A stretch of 64,000 bases of DNA from Myxococcota bacterium (lineage in GTDB: Bacteria > Myxococcota_A > UBA9042 > PHBI01 > JAWLBL01). Both the position numbers and the translations under genes were made by a program. Location of the stretch: NCBI GenBank assembly GCA_041687695.1, contig JAWLBL010000004.1:1-64000 (forward strand), in the 5' to 3' direction. Shown here one piece after another: positions 49,301 through 59,573 of the stretch (position 1 is the stretch's first letter; each line of letters starts with the position of its first letter). The notes beneath the pieces are model-generated. The model was not told where the DNA came from, did no database searches, and worked only from the letters and a program-made list of their open reading frames with translations.

Positions 49301-51570
49301 CGCCGAGCCCGCAGCGCGTGCGCTACTTCTGGGAGGGCGACCGCTCGCTCGCCGTGCCCGAGTCCGGCGCGCCGAGCCTGCAGGGGCCCGGCGCCATGTC
49401 GGCCTCGCCCAGCATCGACTGCCCGGACGGCGCGTGTCCCGACTTCGATCCCAACGCCAACCTGCCACGCGCCACCCTGACCTCCCTCGGCGCCAACATG
49501 AGCTGGAGCGCGGGGTCTCCCACCGCCAGCTTCGATCTCCCGAACCCGTACAACATGGCCCTCGGTTTCCTCGGCGAACATGGCCGCATCCGCTTCAAGA
49601 ACGGCGAGTGCCAGTGGAACATCCCGGCCCACCGCTACACCTGCATCGTCGACTACGACAAGCGCAAGGCCGGCAAGCTGCAGTACTCCATCCACGCGCG
49701 GATGGACTACGACATCCGCGGCGTCCTGGACTTCGAGACCGTCCCCCAGCACGTCTTCGACGCCGAGTCGTTCCCCGGACTGCCCAGCCCGGACGGCAAG
49801 CCCCTCACGTTCGCGGATCTGCCGAACCCCACAGGCTTCGACTGCGGCGCCCATCTCGCCGGCCACCCCTCCATCAACCCGGTGGACCACACCTTGTGCG
49901 ACAACGGCGAGATCAAGATGGTCGGCCAGCTCGTCATCCCCATCCCCAAGGCCCCGATGGTCGACGCCATCGTCGACGGCGTCCTCGTCGTCGACCACTC
50001 GCCGACCGGCCACGGCGGCGTCTTCATGGGGCTCTTCGGCACGCTCTCGTTCGACTACGAGGACCCGCGCCTGAACGACAACGGCTTCGTCGACGACGTC
50101 CCGGTCCGCTGGCAGGTCGGCGAGTCGACGATGACCATGCTCTTCGATGCGCAGAACGAGCCCATCGCGCTCGTCGGCGCCACCACCGAGGGCGTCCGCA
50201 TCGCCGACCAGGTCGACCTCGGCAAGATCCCCAACTCGGTCGTGTCTCTCATCCAGAAGGACCAGAGCCAGGTCAACTTCTGCTACCACCTCCCGTCCGG
50301 GCGCCTCCAGACCGCCGCGCGCATGCAGCTCGCCGGCTTCGACGCCGATCTCGCCCTGCAGCTCGACCCGCCCGGGACCGACGACACCTCCGGCGAGCTC
50401 GACTGGAGCAAGGGAGGCCTCCAGGCCGTCGGCCGCCTGAAGCTGCCCAAGCCCTTCGAGGTCGACTGGTTCGACGCCGACGCCGAGCGCCTGCGCGTCG
50501 CCGGCCTCATCGGCTTCGACGGCGAGTTCCTCTTCAAGGCGACCTTCGACGGGGCCATCCCCGTGCCGGGCTTCGCGCCGTTCTCGCTCGGCGGCCCGAA
50601 GATGGCCCTCACCCTGTCGAACTCCGGCGCCCGCGTCGACGGCGACGTCACCCTGCCCGGCGGCCTCGGCACCCTCGCAGCCAAGGGCACCATCGAGGCC
50701 AACGGCCAGTTCGCCCTCGACGTCGCGGGCGCCCTCGCCGCCGGCCCCTTCGAGCTGCTCAACGTCACCGGGACCTTCACGAGCCACGACGGCATGGCCC
50801 TCACCGCGCAGATGAACGTCCCCATCCTGCCCGAGCCCATCGTCATGAAGGGCAAGGTGCGCTCGGCGACCGACTGGGAGCTCACGGGCAAGGCGGCGCT
50901 CACCCTCCCCATCGGCGGCGGCACCAAGCTCGCGGGCCTCACCGCGACCCTCAGCCCCTCCGGCCTCGTGCTCTCGGGCGCCCTCGCGATCCCCGGCTTC
51001 GCTGCCATCGCCGTCGAGGGTGGCGTCGTCGCCTCCCCCGACGGCTCGGGCGAGCTGACCCTCTCGGGCGCCCTCAACCTCTCCATCGGCAAGCTGACCC
51101 TCGCCGGCGGCGCCATCGGCTTCGGCCTGAAGTGCCCCGCGGGGGCCTCGCCCCAGGACTGCGCTCCGTCCATCACCGCCTCGGGCACCATCGGCATCGG
51201 CAACTTCAAGATGGCCGGCGTCGCCTTGCACATCCAGACCAACGGCGACGTCGACGCCTCGGGCACGGTGAAGTTCGCCGGGCAGACCTTCGGCAACGCC
51301 AAGATCTGGCGCAAGGGCGGCAGCCTCGGCGTCTCGGCCTCGAAGGGCGTGAGCGGCTGCGTGACCGAGGTCTGCGTCAAGGGCCAGATCGACGTCGGCT
51401 ACAGCGGCGGCTCGGTGGTCGCCACGTTCTCGGGCAGCGGCTACAGCGTCGAGGTGAGCTCGTCGGGCAAGATCGAGATCGACGTCGAGGTCAAATACAA
51501 GAAGTGGACCAGCCCCATCGACTGGATCTGGAAGTGGAAGACCATCACCGTCACCGTGCCGCTCGGCTGA
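43318..51570 (+). CDS. Giant (~2750 aa) lipoprotein with about 50 DxDxDG Ca-binding (bacterial TSP3-like) repeats and a beta-strand-rich C-terminal region
   Basis: Lipobox GLGC; DTDGDGLxDGxE...GTDP repeats from about 43435 to 48490, interrupted by globular inserts (ILEAAE, WLEAEH); the C-terminal ~550 aa alternate hydrophobic and polar residues; starts 13 nt after the upstream stop. Confidence 0.88.
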   Translation: MTTKDGARLGRALALVITAAAWPGLGCGDDTPEDSPAAVDSDGDGVSDADELGLGTDPYKMDTDGDGRGDGEERATGTDPLDPDTDGDGLYDGYEVAIGTDPLKADTDGDGHPDGLEVAQGTDPKDPSDPPPAVAEEPVDALDSDEDGLPDALELLIGTDPYAWDSDGDGLGDGDEVLIHGSDPLSEDGDGDGLTDPEEVLPRTVGDEELPPLGTDPMNADTDGDGLSDFDELTRFGSDPLSPDSDGDGLGDALEAARGTNPLAADTDGGGLTDWQEIYETFTDPLSADTDGDGLADHFEAKVLGTDPRLADTDGDGLTDAAELSLGTDPMNVDTDGDGLSDGHEVAIGTSPLQAGTDGDGLSDGDEVALGTDPRDPDTDGDGLLDGDEVHGAFPSDPLNPDTDGDGLGDAIEVRVHGTSPSLADTDLDGLDDAVELALGTDPLVHDSDADPDGDGLTTADELGLGTNPLVADTDRDGLSDGDEVALGTGPLNPDTDGDGLMDGLEVRVGSDPLGPDTDGDGLLDGEEPRGLEDVDGDGLIGLLDLDADGDGVPDAEEADPFGDLDGDGLANVVDADADGDGIPDGAELALGLDPRDPADGAADPDGDGLTNQQEYVRGTDPWSADSDDDGLSDGIEVALGLNPLDPKDAAKDMDNDGLSNLSEVTVLGTDPRRWDTDDDGLSDGEEYAIVGLDGALADQDGDGVPNILDPDSDGDGLLDGQEIRPGEDTDGDGLINLLDSDSDDDGIGDGEEVAMGTDPVRLDVAGKELCQGTAGCLPASGDLDGDGLDNLAELTGSACGEQRHVTSPFLADTDGDGVPDGVECALGMNPTRKDSDQDGIPDGEELIFDGETWVAVTDPIHPDTDRDGVPDGVDPDPTSRDVDGDGVSDGEELVDGWNAVILEAAELGWGAEGGEVTIALPWGKTAADFDWVTVSVEVTAGAGAAAIDRTINGEGLPQARLRGQAGLTGARWVTSPPRRPKGDSVTFSVSLVEASATATFGRVVLSGFPDACDPEGVTCGPPLTGLGTFATEADSDGDGLSDGEERAHGAVWLEAEHMLAVAPSPMGGEAGAIGGVYMEVSPGRSLSTGKHPWGSPAFAMQEQVWSVFVRKKYGPCGDWIVVDTDPVACESHEKCPQGDCVDGACEGNSGYQLGLSTDWEWTYGGTYVVPAGSRFDVAFKPLGCGAGGGVRVDKLVFVPIRFAPSSYAYTYDGIPNVSDYLHAAGSEEDVLYMVEALPWGLSDPMEADTDGDGYREADGKAPGSTGWLTDGFERKKVRTNPFDVDSDGDARLKKGSTQVYHDGKWRTPWYTDVEIDQALADAKDASPRPIDFDRDGLIDDLEIVAQLIHHCQDPLSDCSMVDLGEPDETVLMGLTGCVIVAQSPEDALCWFADDDRDDDGLVDGQEDKNRNGVVDEGETDPGSADTDGDCIPDGVEFGLVCPEGRHTLVRKAPAADSGGIVTLPGCEGQWFGLADAGFVPDVDPSTTTDPTLVDSDGDGLADGGPVGEDTSCDGLWDGVETDATRADTDGDLLWDGDESARGTDPLDPDTDEDGLLDGVEVHHYRCDPTLVDTDGDGLSDYEEVYGVTGPITRPDLFDTDDDGMGDGDEVFGTGPLALCEWREVCGVSGACQSAAVCSFQPTNPTHPDSDGDGIEDGQEVLVLAGEPPLVPLQRTNPMRRDTDGDGLSDDEERHGTGPLAKWGPTDPTDPDTDGDGFPDELEVASGSNPRDAASVPTELVITQGGVRVSPPVPDASAGASPSPWTRVSCVATPSHPDCASQPLGVDVITTTVTEGQRVLLGCQGQPDTAELRPSGDAAMVRIVRQGAALTITAHGALWLHGPDPESSEDDLWLWTGASTIDADRSARPGPDVVVAPAIALSSGDVTLSFSPPACWNDGDCPGTPCVKAQPGVEGACEGTAAPDALRLCDGAVLDRSATVTVSGADGAADVALRPADLVWSHRNADLALGDAMVVQDFAPEELVPPGKPDVCWKPPSPQRVRYFWEGDRSLAVPESGAPSLQGPGAMSASPSIDCPDGACPDFDPNANLPRATLTSLGANMSWSAGSPTASFDLPNPYNMALGFLGEHGRIRFKNGECQWNIPAHRYTCIVDYDKRKAGKLQYSIHARMDYDIRGVLDFETVPQHVFDAESFPGLPSPDGKPLTFADLPNPTGFDCGAHLAGHPSINPVDHTLCDNGEIKMVGQLVIPIPKAPMVDAIVDGVLVVDHSPTGHGGVFMGLFGTLSFDYEDPRLNDNGFVDDVPVRWQVGESTMTMLFDAQNEPIALVGATTEGVRIADQVDLGKIPNSVVSLIQKDQSQVNFCYHLPSGRLQTAARMQLAGFDADLALQLDPPGTDDTSGELDWSKGGLQAVGRLKLPKPFEVDWFDADAERLRVAGLIGFDGEFLFKATFDGAIPVPGFAPFSLGGPKMALTLSNSGARVDGDVTLPGGLGTLAAKGTIEANGQFALDVAGALAAGPFELLNVTGTFTSHDGMALTAQMNVPILPEPIVMKGKVRSATDWELTGKAALTLPIGGGTKLAGLTATLSPSGLVLSGALAIPGFAAIAVEGGVVASPDGSGELTLSGALNLSIGKLTLAGGAIGFGLKCPAGASPQDCAPSITASGTIGIGNFKMAGVALHIQTNGDVDASGTVKFAGQTFGNAKIWRKGGSLGVSASKGVSGCVTEVCVKGQIDVGYSGGSVVATFSGSGYSVEVSSSGKIEIDVEVKYKKWTSPIDWIWKWKTITVTVPLG

Positions 51571-52010
51571 CCGCCGTACACCCGCACGCCGCCGTCGTCG
51601 TCGCGGGTCGGCTCGAGCAGGCGGTCTCCCTCCACGCGAGCGGCGAAGCGGTCGTCGTGGAGGTGCACGGCGTCGATGACTGCGCCGTCACGGCCGAGCG
51701 GACCATCCTCTGTTGGGACGCAACGGACCCCGCGCAGGCCGGGCCGAGCGCCGACGCGGACGCGACCGTCGACGCGCTCTCGCCCGTCGCCATCAGCGGC
51801 CCGGTGGCCGCCGCGATGGACGCGGGCGCCAACCACACCTACGCCGTCGGCAGCGAGGGCCAGGTCTGGTGCCGGGGCGCGATGGCGGCCCTCGGCGCCG
51901 AGGCCGCGACGACGCCCTACATCCCGATCCCGCTCACCGGCCTCGAGGCGACGTGCGCCCCTTCCCGGGCGGCGGCGAGGGCGTCTGCGGGTTCGAGCAG
52001 CCCCCCCTGA
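51571..52010 (+). pseudogene. Degenerate RCC1-repeat fragment
   Basis: CAVTAERTILCW and AGANHTYAVGSEGQVWCRG resemble two RCC1 blades; no convincing start or signal peptide. Confidence 0.4.
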
Positions 52011-52054
52011 CCGCTGCGCGCGCGCGCTCGCCGATCGCGCGCGCGCGCCGCCCG

Positions 52055-53680
52055 TCACCGCCAGGGACCGCACCAGCGTGGCGGCTCGATGGGCTCGTCC
52101 CCCGGGCGCCACGCCGCATGGAGCACGCCCTCGCCGCCGTCGTCCGGGGTCAGGACGGCCAGCGCGACGGCCCGCCCGGGGAGGACCGCCGCGATGGGCC
52201 CGCGCCAGGTCTCCTCATGCCCGTCGAGGGTCAGCGCGGCCACGAGGTCGCCGCCCTCGACCGTCAGCCGCGCCGAGGACAGGTCCGCTGCCGCCGCGCA
52301 GCCCGCCTCGGCCCGCCAGGCGGCGCGATCGGTCGCCTGCCCGTCCTCGCCGAGCCCCAGCGCCAGCCAGCGGCTCTCCGGGCCGCCCGCGCCCATCCTG
52401 ACGCCGTGTAGCTCGTACGCGGCGCCGAGCCTGCGGTCCGCCTCGGCGACGTCGGGCCGCCGGAGGGCGATGGCGACCCCGACCCGCTGCCAGCCGGCGA
52501 CGCCCGTCGGCCGCTCGCGCATCCAGATCATGGCGTCGCGGCTCGCGTCGACCCAGCCCCACCAACGCTCGGTCGCCGTGACGAGCTGCAGGTCCGCGTA
52601 CGGGTGCGCGATGAGCGGCAGGCACCCCGGGCCCGGCCCGGCGCCCTCGCCGATGAACGCCGCGCACGCGCCCGCCGCGTCGTCGCGCACCTCGAGCTCG
52701 CCCCGGCCGACCGTGATCGACCCGCCCGGCGCGTCGGCGTCTCCGACCGTCACCACCGACCACACGCCCGGACGGGGCGACCCGGGAGCCGCCGCCCGCC
52801 GGATCTGCACCAGCTGCCGGCCTTCCAAGCCCGCGGTGCCGAGCACCAGGCTCTCGTCGGAGACGAGCGGCGCGATGGTGGTGGTCCCGGTCATCGCGAC
52901 GTCGAGGTGGAGCCGGTCCGCCGCCAGCGCGATGCCGTGCTCCTTCGGGACGCCCACGACCGTCCCGTCGGGCGCCCAGAGGGTCACCCAGACCGGCCCC
53001 TCGGCGTCGGCGGCCCAGGTCAGCGCGGTCCACGTGGGGGCGCCGTCGACCTCGCGCACCCGCCACCAGAGCCCCGCCCAGCCCCCGGTGAGGCCCTCCC
53101 AGCTCGGGCGCGAGACCGCCTCGCAGCCGAGCAAGGGGTCGACACACACGCCGCGCTCGGCGGGCGAGGCCTCGCAGACGTCGACGATCTCGGACGGGCA
53201 CGCGGCGCCGCTCCCGTCACAGAAGGCCGCAGCCCAGGTGCCCTCGTCGAGGCAGCTCGGCGCCGTGCAGAACGTCCCCGCCGGGGCGATCGTCTCGCGG
53301 CACACCCCGCCGTCGCAGACGCCCACGCGGCAGGCGTCGAGCGCGTCGAGGTGCGCGCAGCCGCAGCGCTCGCCGTCGAAGCAGGCGCCTTCGGACGGCG
53401 CGTTGACGCAGCTCGCCGACGCGAGGTCGCAGCGGTCCTCGGTGCAGGGGAGGCCGTCGTCGCAGGCGGGATCGGCGAGCGAGGTGCAGGCGATCTCCGG
53501 GACGCAGACGCCGGGGGACGAGGCCGTCGGGGCCACGCCGCCGCTCCAGCAGCGCCAGCCGGCGCAGTCGTCCTCGGTGATGCAATGGTAGGCCGCGGCG
53601 GCGTCGAGCGGCGGCGGCGAGAGGCAGCCGGCCGCGGCGCCCAGCGGTAGCGCGAGCAGGAGCAGGCGGATCGGCGTCAT
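52055..53680 (-). CDS. Cys-rich lipoprotein with a beta-rich C-terminal region
   Basis: MTPIRLLLLALPLGAAAGC lipobox; CDDGLPCTEDRCD motif; ATGA overlap with the upstream gene. Confidence 0.75.
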   Translation of the reverse strand: MTPIRLLLLALPLGAAAGCLSPPPLDAAAAYHCITEDDCAGWRCWSGGVAPTASSPGVCVPEIACTSLADPACDDGLPCTEDRCDLASASCVNAPSEGACFDGERCGCAHLDALDACRVGVCDGGVCRETIAPAGTFCTAPSCLDEGTWAAAFCDGSGAACPSEIVDVCEASPAERGVCVDPLLGCEAVSRPSWEGLTGGWAGLWWRVREVDGAPTWTALTWAADAEGPVWVTLWAPDGTVVGVPKEHGIALAADRLHLDVAMTGTTTIAPLVSDESLVLGTAGLEGRQLVQIRRAAAPGSPRPGVWSVVTVGDADAPGGSITVGRGELEVRDDAAGACAAFIGEGAGPGPGCLPLIAHPYADLQLVTATERWWGWVDASRDAMIWMRERPTGVAGWQRVGVAIALRRPDVAEADRRLGAAYELHGVRMGAGGPESRWLALGLGEDGQATDRAAWRAEAGCAAAADLSSARLTVEGGDLVAALTLDGHEETWRGPIAAVLPGRAVALAVLTPDDGGEGVLHAAWRPGDEPIEPPRWCGPWR

Positions 53681-55440
53681 GGCAGGCACCAGCTGTCGGG
53701 GTCCTCGCCGATGGGCGCGAGGTGGGGCTCGGCGCCGGGCGGGCGCCAGACGAGGAGCGCGGGGCCGCGGAGGGCGGCGTCGAGGGCCCCGGTGTGGAGG
53801 TTCAGGCCATTGACCCGCGTGCCGACCCAGAGCGGCGAGGCGCCGTCGAGGGCGGCGAGGCCGGGGAGGGCGGAGCCGGCATAGGTGAGGCGGGTGAAGT
53901 CGGTGCCCGCGAAGGGCGGGGAGGCCGCGGCGTCGACCAGCGGCACGTCGAGCGTGCCCGGCAGGCCCGTGTCGAAGGCGGGGCGCACGCGGAAGCGCTC
54001 GCGGGTCGGGCCGTCTGGGAGGCAGGCGTAGGTGTCGGGGAGCCGGTCGAGCGCGCCGCTGGCGACGTCTCCGTGGGCGTCGAAGGTGAGCTGCCCGCGG
54101 AAGTGGCTCCTCGGGCCGTGGGCGCCCGCGATCGCCGCTGCGGAGTGGATGGCGTCGTGGAGGGCGAGCGTCGCGTAGCGTCCGACGAGGGCGCCCTCCG
54201 GGGCGGCGACGCGCACGAGGAGCACGAGCCCGTGGACGTCCGAGCGCTCGCCTCCGTCGGGCTCGCTCGCCACGGTCGCGACGGCGAGGTCCCCGCCGGC
54301 GCCGAGCGTGCCCTCGAGGTGCAGCGAGGCGAACCCCGGCGAGCCCGAGAAGCGGAAGCGGAGGGGCCCCGCGAAGGCGCCCGTCTCCGAGGTGGCGAGG
54401 CAGTGGGGGCCGGCGGTGAGGAGGTAGGCGTCGTCGGTCCAGCTCGCGACGCGATCGTCGAGGCCGCTGCACGCGCCCTCGGGCGACGGTGACAGATCGA
54501 TCTCGCCGACCCAGGTGCCGACTTCGCCCACGTGGCCGAAGAGGACGCCGGGGTGCCAGGCGGGGAGCGTCCAGGTCAGGAGGACGGCCCAGCGGCCTGC
54601 GAGGGCGTCCGGCGCCAGCGGCTCGGCCGGCGCTCGGAGGAGCACCTGGAGGCCGGAGTGGCGCACCGGGACGCCGACGAGGACCCGCGCGTCGGGCGTC
54701 ATGGTCGCGAGCCAGTCGCTGCCGAGGAAGTCGAGCTCGAAGGCGCCGGGGTCGCCCTCGTACAGCGGCGGGTCGAGCTGGGTCTTCGACGCGCCCGTCT
54801 CGTCGACGCGGGTGGTGAGCGCCATCTTGCCGTCCTGGAAGATGACCTCGCGCCGCTCGAACCGCCACGCGTCCTCGTCGACGCCGGCCATGCGCCGCAG
54901 CTCGGCCCCGCGCCAGATCTCGGGCGCCTCGCCGCCGGGGAGCTGACACGCCGCGGTCAGCGCGGGCAGGGCCAGGCAGCGCGCACCGTCCGCCGAGCAG
55001 TGGCGCGCCTCACACGCGGTGATCTCGCCGCCGCACGGCTCCGGCGCCGCCGCCACGCAGACGCCACCCTCGGCGCACGCCCCGGCCGGCGTGTGGACGC
55101 CGTCGACGCAGCGGGGCTCGCCGCACGGCGTCCCGGCCGCGACCGGCTCGGCGCGGCAGCCGACCTCCGGGTCGCAGAGGCCGACGAGGCAGCCCGCCGG
55201 ATCGTCGAGCGCCGCGCAGTCGACGCACGCGCCCTCGACCGGGCACCCGCGGCCGATCGGCGTGTTCACACAGACCTGGCGCTCGTCGCACCGGTCCTCC
55301 GTGCACGCGAGGCCGTCGTCGCAGGTCTCGTCCTGCTTGCACTCGAGCGCCGCCACGGCGGGCGCCGGGCCGGCGGGGTCGCCGCACGCCGCGAGCACAC
55401 ACAGCGTCGCCACGCAGCCTCCCAGGCTGTCGCGTCTCAT
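53677..55440 (-). CDS. Cys-rich lipoprotein, apparent paralogue of 52055-53680
   Basis: MRRDSLGGCVATLCVLAAC lipobox; CDDGLACTEDRCD...CVN.P....C..GxC; GGAGGAGG RBS. Confidence 0.78.
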   Translation of the reverse strand: MRRDSLGGCVATLCVLAACGDPAGPAPAVAALECKQDETCDDGLACTEDRCDERQVCVNTPIGRGCPVEGACVDCAALDDPAGCLVGLCDPEVGCRAEPVAAGTPCGEPRCVDGVHTPAGACAEGGVCVAAAPEPCGGEITACEARHCSADGARCLALPALTAACQLPGGEAPEIWRGAELRRMAGVDEDAWRFERREVIFQDGKMALTTRVDETGASKTQLDPPLYEGDPGAFELDFLGSDWLATMTPDARVLVGVPVRHSGLQVLLRAPAEPLAPDALAGRWAVLLTWTLPAWHPGVLFGHVGEVGTWVGEIDLSPSPEGACSGLDDRVASWTDDAYLLTAGPHCLATSETGAFAGPLRFRFSGSPGFASLHLEGTLGAGGDLAVATVASEPDGGERSDVHGLVLLVRVAAPEGALVGRYATLALHDAIHSAAAIAGAHGPRSHFRGQLTFDAHGDVASGALDRLPDTYACLPDGPTRERFRVRPAFDTGLPGTLDVPLVDAAASPPFAGTDFTRLTYAGSALPGLAALDGASPLWVGTRVNGLNLHTGALDAALRGPALLVWRPPGAEPHLAPIGEDPDSWCLP

Positions 55441-55491
55441 CGCCCTCCTCCGGGTGAACGTCTTCGGGGACCCTACCGCACCCGCGTCGCA

Positions 55492-55506
55492 GCAGGAATC
55501 GTGCCA
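55492..55506 (-). promoter_or_regulatory. sigma54 -24/-12 promoter TGGCACGATTCCTGC for the lipoprotein pair
   Basis: GG-N10-GC with TGGCACG, about 50 nt upstream of ATG 55440, divergent from the kinase operon. Confidence 0.72.
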
Positions 55507-55550
55507 CGGCCCGGATTGGCCTCCGTCGGCGACTCCGGTAGGTTCGCCCC

Positions 55551-57095
55551 ATGGCCACCACCGACTCGCCACAGGAGGACGCCGCCGCGCCGCTCGTCGG
55601 CCGGACGCTCGGGGAGTTCGCGATCACGGGCGCGCTCGGCCGCGGCGGCATGGGCTGCGTCTACCGCGCGACCCAGGCCTCCACCCGCCGCGAGGTCGCC
55701 CTCAAGGTCATCCACCCGCACCTCGTCGGCCCGGCGCTCGTCGCCCGCTTCGCCCGCGAGGCCGCGGCCCTCGGGCGCCTCGCGCACCCGAACATCGTGA
55801 CCATCCACACCCACGGCGAGCACGACGGCGTCCTCTTCCTCGCCATGGAGCGCGTCGACGGCCCGACCCTCGGCGCTCTCCTTGCCTGCGAGGGCCCCCT
55901 CGCCTCGGACCGCGCCCGCGGGCTCTTCGCCCAACTCGCCGAGGCGCTCGCCCACGCCCACGCCGCCGGCGTCGTCCACCGCGACCTCAAGCCCGGCAAC
56001 GTCCTCATCGGCGCGACCCTCGCCGGCGCGCTGCCCAAGATCGTCGACTTCGGCCTCGCCAAGCTCGCCGACGAGGGCGGCCAGCTCACCCAGTCCGGGC
56101 GCGTCATGGGCTCGGCCGCCACCATGTCCCCCGAGCAGTGGCAGGACGCGCGCGCCATCGACGGCGCGACCGACGTCTACTCCCTCGGCTGCATGATGTA
56201 CGAGGCGCTCACCGGGGTGCCGCCCTTCGCCGCGTCCTCGCCGGTCGGCTACATGCGCGCCCACCTCGGCCCCCGCCCGGTCGACCCGGCGCACCACCGC
56301 CCCGAGCTGGCCGGCGACCCGCTCGTCGGCTGGGTGCGCGCCTGCCTCGAGCGCGATCCCGCCGCGCGCCCCACCGCCGAGGCGCTCTGGCGCGGCCTCT
56401 CCGGCGAGCGCCCGTCCCCCGCCCCGGAGCCCACCCGCGGCAGCGACTGGTCCGCCCCCGACGCCGGCACGCTCCCCGGCGACGACGACCTCTGGGCGGG
56501 CGACCCTTGGAGCGGCGGGACCTCCCCGCCCGCCGACCGGCCCGACGCCCCTCGGCGCCGCTCTCCCTGGCCCTTCGCCTTCGCCCTCCTTGCGCTCGCC
56601 GGCGCGGCCGGCTTTGGCTGGGCCGCCATCCGCCCCCCGCCGCTCGGGGCCACGCCCGCCCCTCCGCCCGCGCCTCCCGAGGCGCCCCTCGCCGTCCTCT
56701 CCGAGCCGGACGTCCTCACGCCGCTGGCCGCCGAGGGCGACGCCGTCCCCACCGAGCCCGACGCCTCGCCCCCGGCCGCCGCCGTCCCCGTCCGCGTCAC
56801 CGCCTGGCCGACCCGCGCCACCGTCTCGCTCGACGGGCGCCCGCTCCCCCGCGAGGCCGATGGCTCGGTGACGCTCGACGTCCCCGCCGACGGCGAGGCC
56901 ACCGTCGCGGTCGCCGCCCCCGGCTTCGCCCCGGCCGAGCACGCCCTCGACGCCGCCGCCGCCCGCGCCCTCCCGGACGGCGCGCTCGTCGTGCGGCTCC
57001 GCCCCCTCCGTGACCGCCCGCGGCCGCCCCGCCCCGACGCCGGCGCGACCGACCGGCCGCCGCGGCTCGACCTCGAGCGCCTCGAGATCCGCTGA
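55551..57095 (+). CDS. Hanks-type Ser/Thr protein kinase with a TM helix and PEGA-like extracytoplasmic domain
   Basis: LGRGGMGCVY, VALK, HPNIV, HRDLKPGN, DFGLAK, MSPEQ, DVYSLG; TM WPFAFALLALAGAAGFGWAAI; PTRATVSLDG. Confidence 0.93.
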   Translation: MATTDSPQEDAAAPLVGRTLGEFAITGALGRGGMGCVYRATQASTRREVALKVIHPHLVGPALVARFAREAAALGRLAHPNIVTIHTHGEHDGVLFLAMERVDGPTLGALLACEGPLASDRARGLFAQLAEALAHAHAAGVVHRDLKPGNVLIGATLAGALPKIVDFGLAKLADEGGQLTQSGRVMGSAATMSPEQWQDARAIDGATDVYSLGCMMYEALTGVPPFAASSPVGYMRAHLGPRPVDPAHHRPELAGDPLVGWVRACLERDPAARPTAEALWRGLSGERPSPAPEPTRGSDWSAPDAGTLPGDDDLWAGDPWSGGTSPPADRPDAPRRRSPWPFAFALLALAGAAGFGWAAIRPPPLGATPAPPPAPPEAPLAVLSEPDVLTPLAAEGDAVPTEPDASPPAAAVPVRVTAWPTRATVSLDGRPLPREADGSVTLDVPADGEATVAVAAPGFAPAEHALDAAAARALPDGALVVRLRPLRDRPRPPRPDAGATDRPPRLDLERLEIR

Positions 57096-57151
57096 TTTCC
57101 CCTCGCCTCGGTTGCGCCTCCCCGCGGCCTGGGCAACCATCGCCGCCACCG

Positions 57152-58132
57152 ATGCGACCCCTCCTGCCCGCCCTCACGCTCGTCGTGGCCTCCGCCCCTG
57201 GCGTCTACGCGGCCGAAGCCCCGTCGCCCGACGCCGCCATCGCCGCCTTCAACCGAGCGGTCGACGCGGCCCTCGCGCACCGCGAGGCCGGCCGGCACGA
57301 GGCCGCCCTCGAGGCGCTCGAGGAGGCCCTGCGCGCCATCCGGGACAGCTCCGGCCCGGAGTTCGACCGGGGCCGGAGCCGCGTCCGGTACTACACGGCC
57401 TTGACGCTCGTCGCCCTCGCGCGGCTCGCCGAGGCGGAGGCGCTCCTCGACCTCCTCGCGAGCGGGCCCGGCCTGACGGCGGCCGAGCGCGAGGTGGTGC
57501 AAGCGCGGCTCGGCGAGGTGCGGGCCGAGCTCGCCGCGGCGCGTGAGGCGGCGCCCGGCCGGGTCGAGATCATCGCGCTCGACGAAGCGGGGCGCTCGGT
57601 CCCGGCCGCCGCGCGCATCGACGGGCGGGACGTCGGCACGACGCCGCTCGACGCCGAGGTCGCCCCGGGCGAGCACCTCATCGAGCTCTCGGGCGCGGAT
57701 CTCCGCCTGGCGCAGCAGACCTTCGTCGTGGCGCCGGGGTCGAGCGGCCGCCTCGTCGTGCGCGTGAAGGCCGTCGAGGTGGCGCCGACCTTCGATCCGC
57801 CCGCGGCGTCCTGGTGGCTCACCGGCGGGGGCGTCGTCGCGCTCGGGGCCGCGGCCGCGCTCCACCTGTCCGGGCTCGACGATGACGAGCGGGCGCGCGA
57901 CGGCTCGCGCACGACGCGCAGCGAGGCGTCCGGGCTCTTCGCCGCGGCCGAGACCAAGGTCTACGGCGCCTATGGGCTCTACGCGGTCGGCGGCGGGCTC
58001 GTCGTCGGCGGCGTCGCGTGGATGCTGACGGACGGGTGGGACGGGGCCGCCGAGGGGCGCGCGTCGGTCCTGTCCGAGGTGGACGTCGGCCTCGACCCGA
58101 GCGGGTCCCTTCACGTGAGCGGCAGGTTCTGA
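57152..58132 (+). CDS. Exported TPR-like plus PEGA domain protein with C-terminal hydrophobic hairpins
   Basis: Signal peptide, helical repeats, IDGRDVGTTPL...VAPGEHLIEL (PEGA), Gly-rich TMs, ends VSGRF. Confidence 0.78.
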   Translation: MRPLLPALTLVVASAPGVYAAEAPSPDAAIAAFNRAVDAALAHREAGRHEAALEALEEALRAIRDSSGPEFDRGRSRVRYYTALTLVALARLAEAEALLDLLASGPGLTAAEREVVQARLGEVRAELAAAREAAPGRVEIIALDEAGRSVPAAARIDGRDVGTTPLDAEVAPGEHLIELSGADLRLAQQTFVVAPGSSGRLVVRVKAVEVAPTFDPPAASWWLTGGGVVALGAAAALHLSGLDDDERARDGSRTTRSEASGLFAAAETKVYGAYGLYAVGGGLVVGGVAWMLTDGWDGAAEGRASVLSEVDVGLDPSGSLHVSGRF

Positions 58133-58134
58133 CG

Positions 58135-59571
58135 GTGGGTGACGAGACGACCGGGATGAGCCTCGACGAGGGCTGGCTGGCCGACGCCGACGCCGCGGAC
58201 GCCGAGGGCTGGGGCCTCGTCATCGCGTGGTCCTTCGAAGAGCCCGGCCGCGTCGGCGAGGTCGCGTGGATCCCCGACCGCGGCGCCGTCCGGGTGCTCG
58301 GCCGCGGCGCCGAGGCCCCCGAGGGCGGCGGCCTCCGCCTCGACTGGATGCGCCAGCGGCCGGGCCGCAACGTGCCGACCGCTCCCCTCGCCGCGCGGCG
58401 CATCTCGCGGGCCCAGCTCGAGCTCGAGCCGCGCCCCTCCGGCCTCCGCGTCCGCAGCGTCGGGCGCTGCCCGATGGCCGTCAACGGCAGCCCCACCGAC
58501 GAGGCCGTGCTCCGCGACGGCGACACGGTGCACCTCAGGAACCAGCTGCTCCTCCTCGTCACCCGCCGCCCGGCGCGCCTCCCCGCGGCAGGCAGCTGGC
58601 CCTCCGGGAGCACCCCCGCCTTCGGTCACGCGGACCCGCTCGGCATGGTCGGCGAGGGCCCGGCGACCTGGCGCCTCCGCGAGCGCCTCGGCTTCCTCGC
58701 GCCCCGCCCCGCGCACGTCCTCGTCATCGGCCCGTCCGGCGTCGGCAAAGAGCTCGCCGCCCGCGCGCTCCACGCGCTCAGCCCCCGCGCCGCCCGCCCC
58801 CTCGTGTCCCGAAACGCCGCCACCTTCCCGCCCGGCCTCATCGACGCCGAGCTCTTCGGCAACCCGCGCGACTACCCGAACCCAGGCATGCGCGAGCGGC
58901 GCGGCCTCGTCGGCGAGGCCGACGGCGGGACGCTCTTCCTCGACGAGATCGGCGAGCTCCCCGAGGACCTCCAGGCGCACCTCCTCCGCGTCCTCGACCA
59001 CGGCGGCGAGTACCAACGCCTCGGCGAGTCCCACGCCCGCCGCGCCGACCTCCGCCTCATCGTGGCGACCAACCGCGGCCTCGACGGCCTCAAGCACGAC
59101 CTCGCCGCCCGCCTCGCGCTGCGCCTCGAGCTCGACGGCCTCGACGCTCGCCGAGACGACATCCCGCTCCTCGCGCGCCACATCCTCGCCGCGACCGCCG
59201 CGGCCGACCCCGCCATCGGCCGCCGCTTCTTCGAGGGCTGGGGCACCCCCGCCGCCACCGCGCGCGTCGCCCCGGACCTCATGGACCTCCTCGTGCGCCA
59301 CCGCTACAGCCACCACGTCCGCGAGCTGCACGGCCTCCTCTGGCGCGCCATGAGCACGAGCGCCGGCGGCGTGCTCAAGGCGACCCCCGAGGTCCGCGCC
59401 GAGCTCGACACCGGCGCCGCCGACGCGCGCGAGCCCGAGTCCGTCACCGCCGACGACATCCGCGCCGCGCTCGCCGCCGCCGACGGGAACCGCACCCACG
59501 CCGCCGCCGCCCTCGGCCTCAAGAACCGCGACGTCCTCTACCGGCTGATGAAGAAGCTCGACGTCGCCTGA
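58135..59571 (+). CDS. FHA-domain sigma54-type AAA+ activator with a non-canonical L1 loop
   Basis: VLGRG...ISR...VNG...LRDGD (FHA); GPSGVGKE, LFLDEIGE, ATNR and a Fis-like HTH; ELFGNPRDYPNPG replaces ELFGHxKGAFTGA. The start (GTG 58135 or ATG 58156) is uncertain. Confidence 0.85.
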   Translation: MGDETTGMSLDEGWLADADAADAEGWGLVIAWSFEEPGRVGEVAWIPDRGAVRVLGRGAEAPEGGGLRLDWMRQRPGRNVPTAPLAARRISRAQLELEPRPSGLRVRSVGRCPMAVNGSPTDEAVLRDGDTVHLRNQLLLLVTRRPARLPAAGSWPSGSTPAFGHADPLGMVGEGPATWRLRERLGFLAPRPAHVLVIGPSGVGKELAARALHALSPRAARPLVSRNAATFPPGLIDAELFGNPRDYPNPGMRERRGLVGEADGGTLFLDEIGELPEDLQAHLLRVLDHGGEYQRLGESHARRADLRLIVATNRGLDGLKHDLAARLALRLELDGLDARRDDIPLLARHILAATAAADPAIGRRFFEGWGTPAATARVAPDLMDLLVRHRYSHHVRELHGLLWRAMSTSAGGVLKATPEVRAELDTGAADAREPESVTADDIRAALAAADGNRTHAAAALGLKNRDVLYRLMKKLDVA

Positions 59572-59573
59572 GC

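Noticed and set aside
42805..51231. 2808-aa minus-strand ORF (also 37683-43409, 10681-14991 and similar very long antisense or off-frame ORFs)
   Set aside because: These are shadows of real genes in very GC-rich DNA with few stop codons; the translations are Arg/Ala/Gly/Val-rich with no motifs, while the opposite frame has clear domains.
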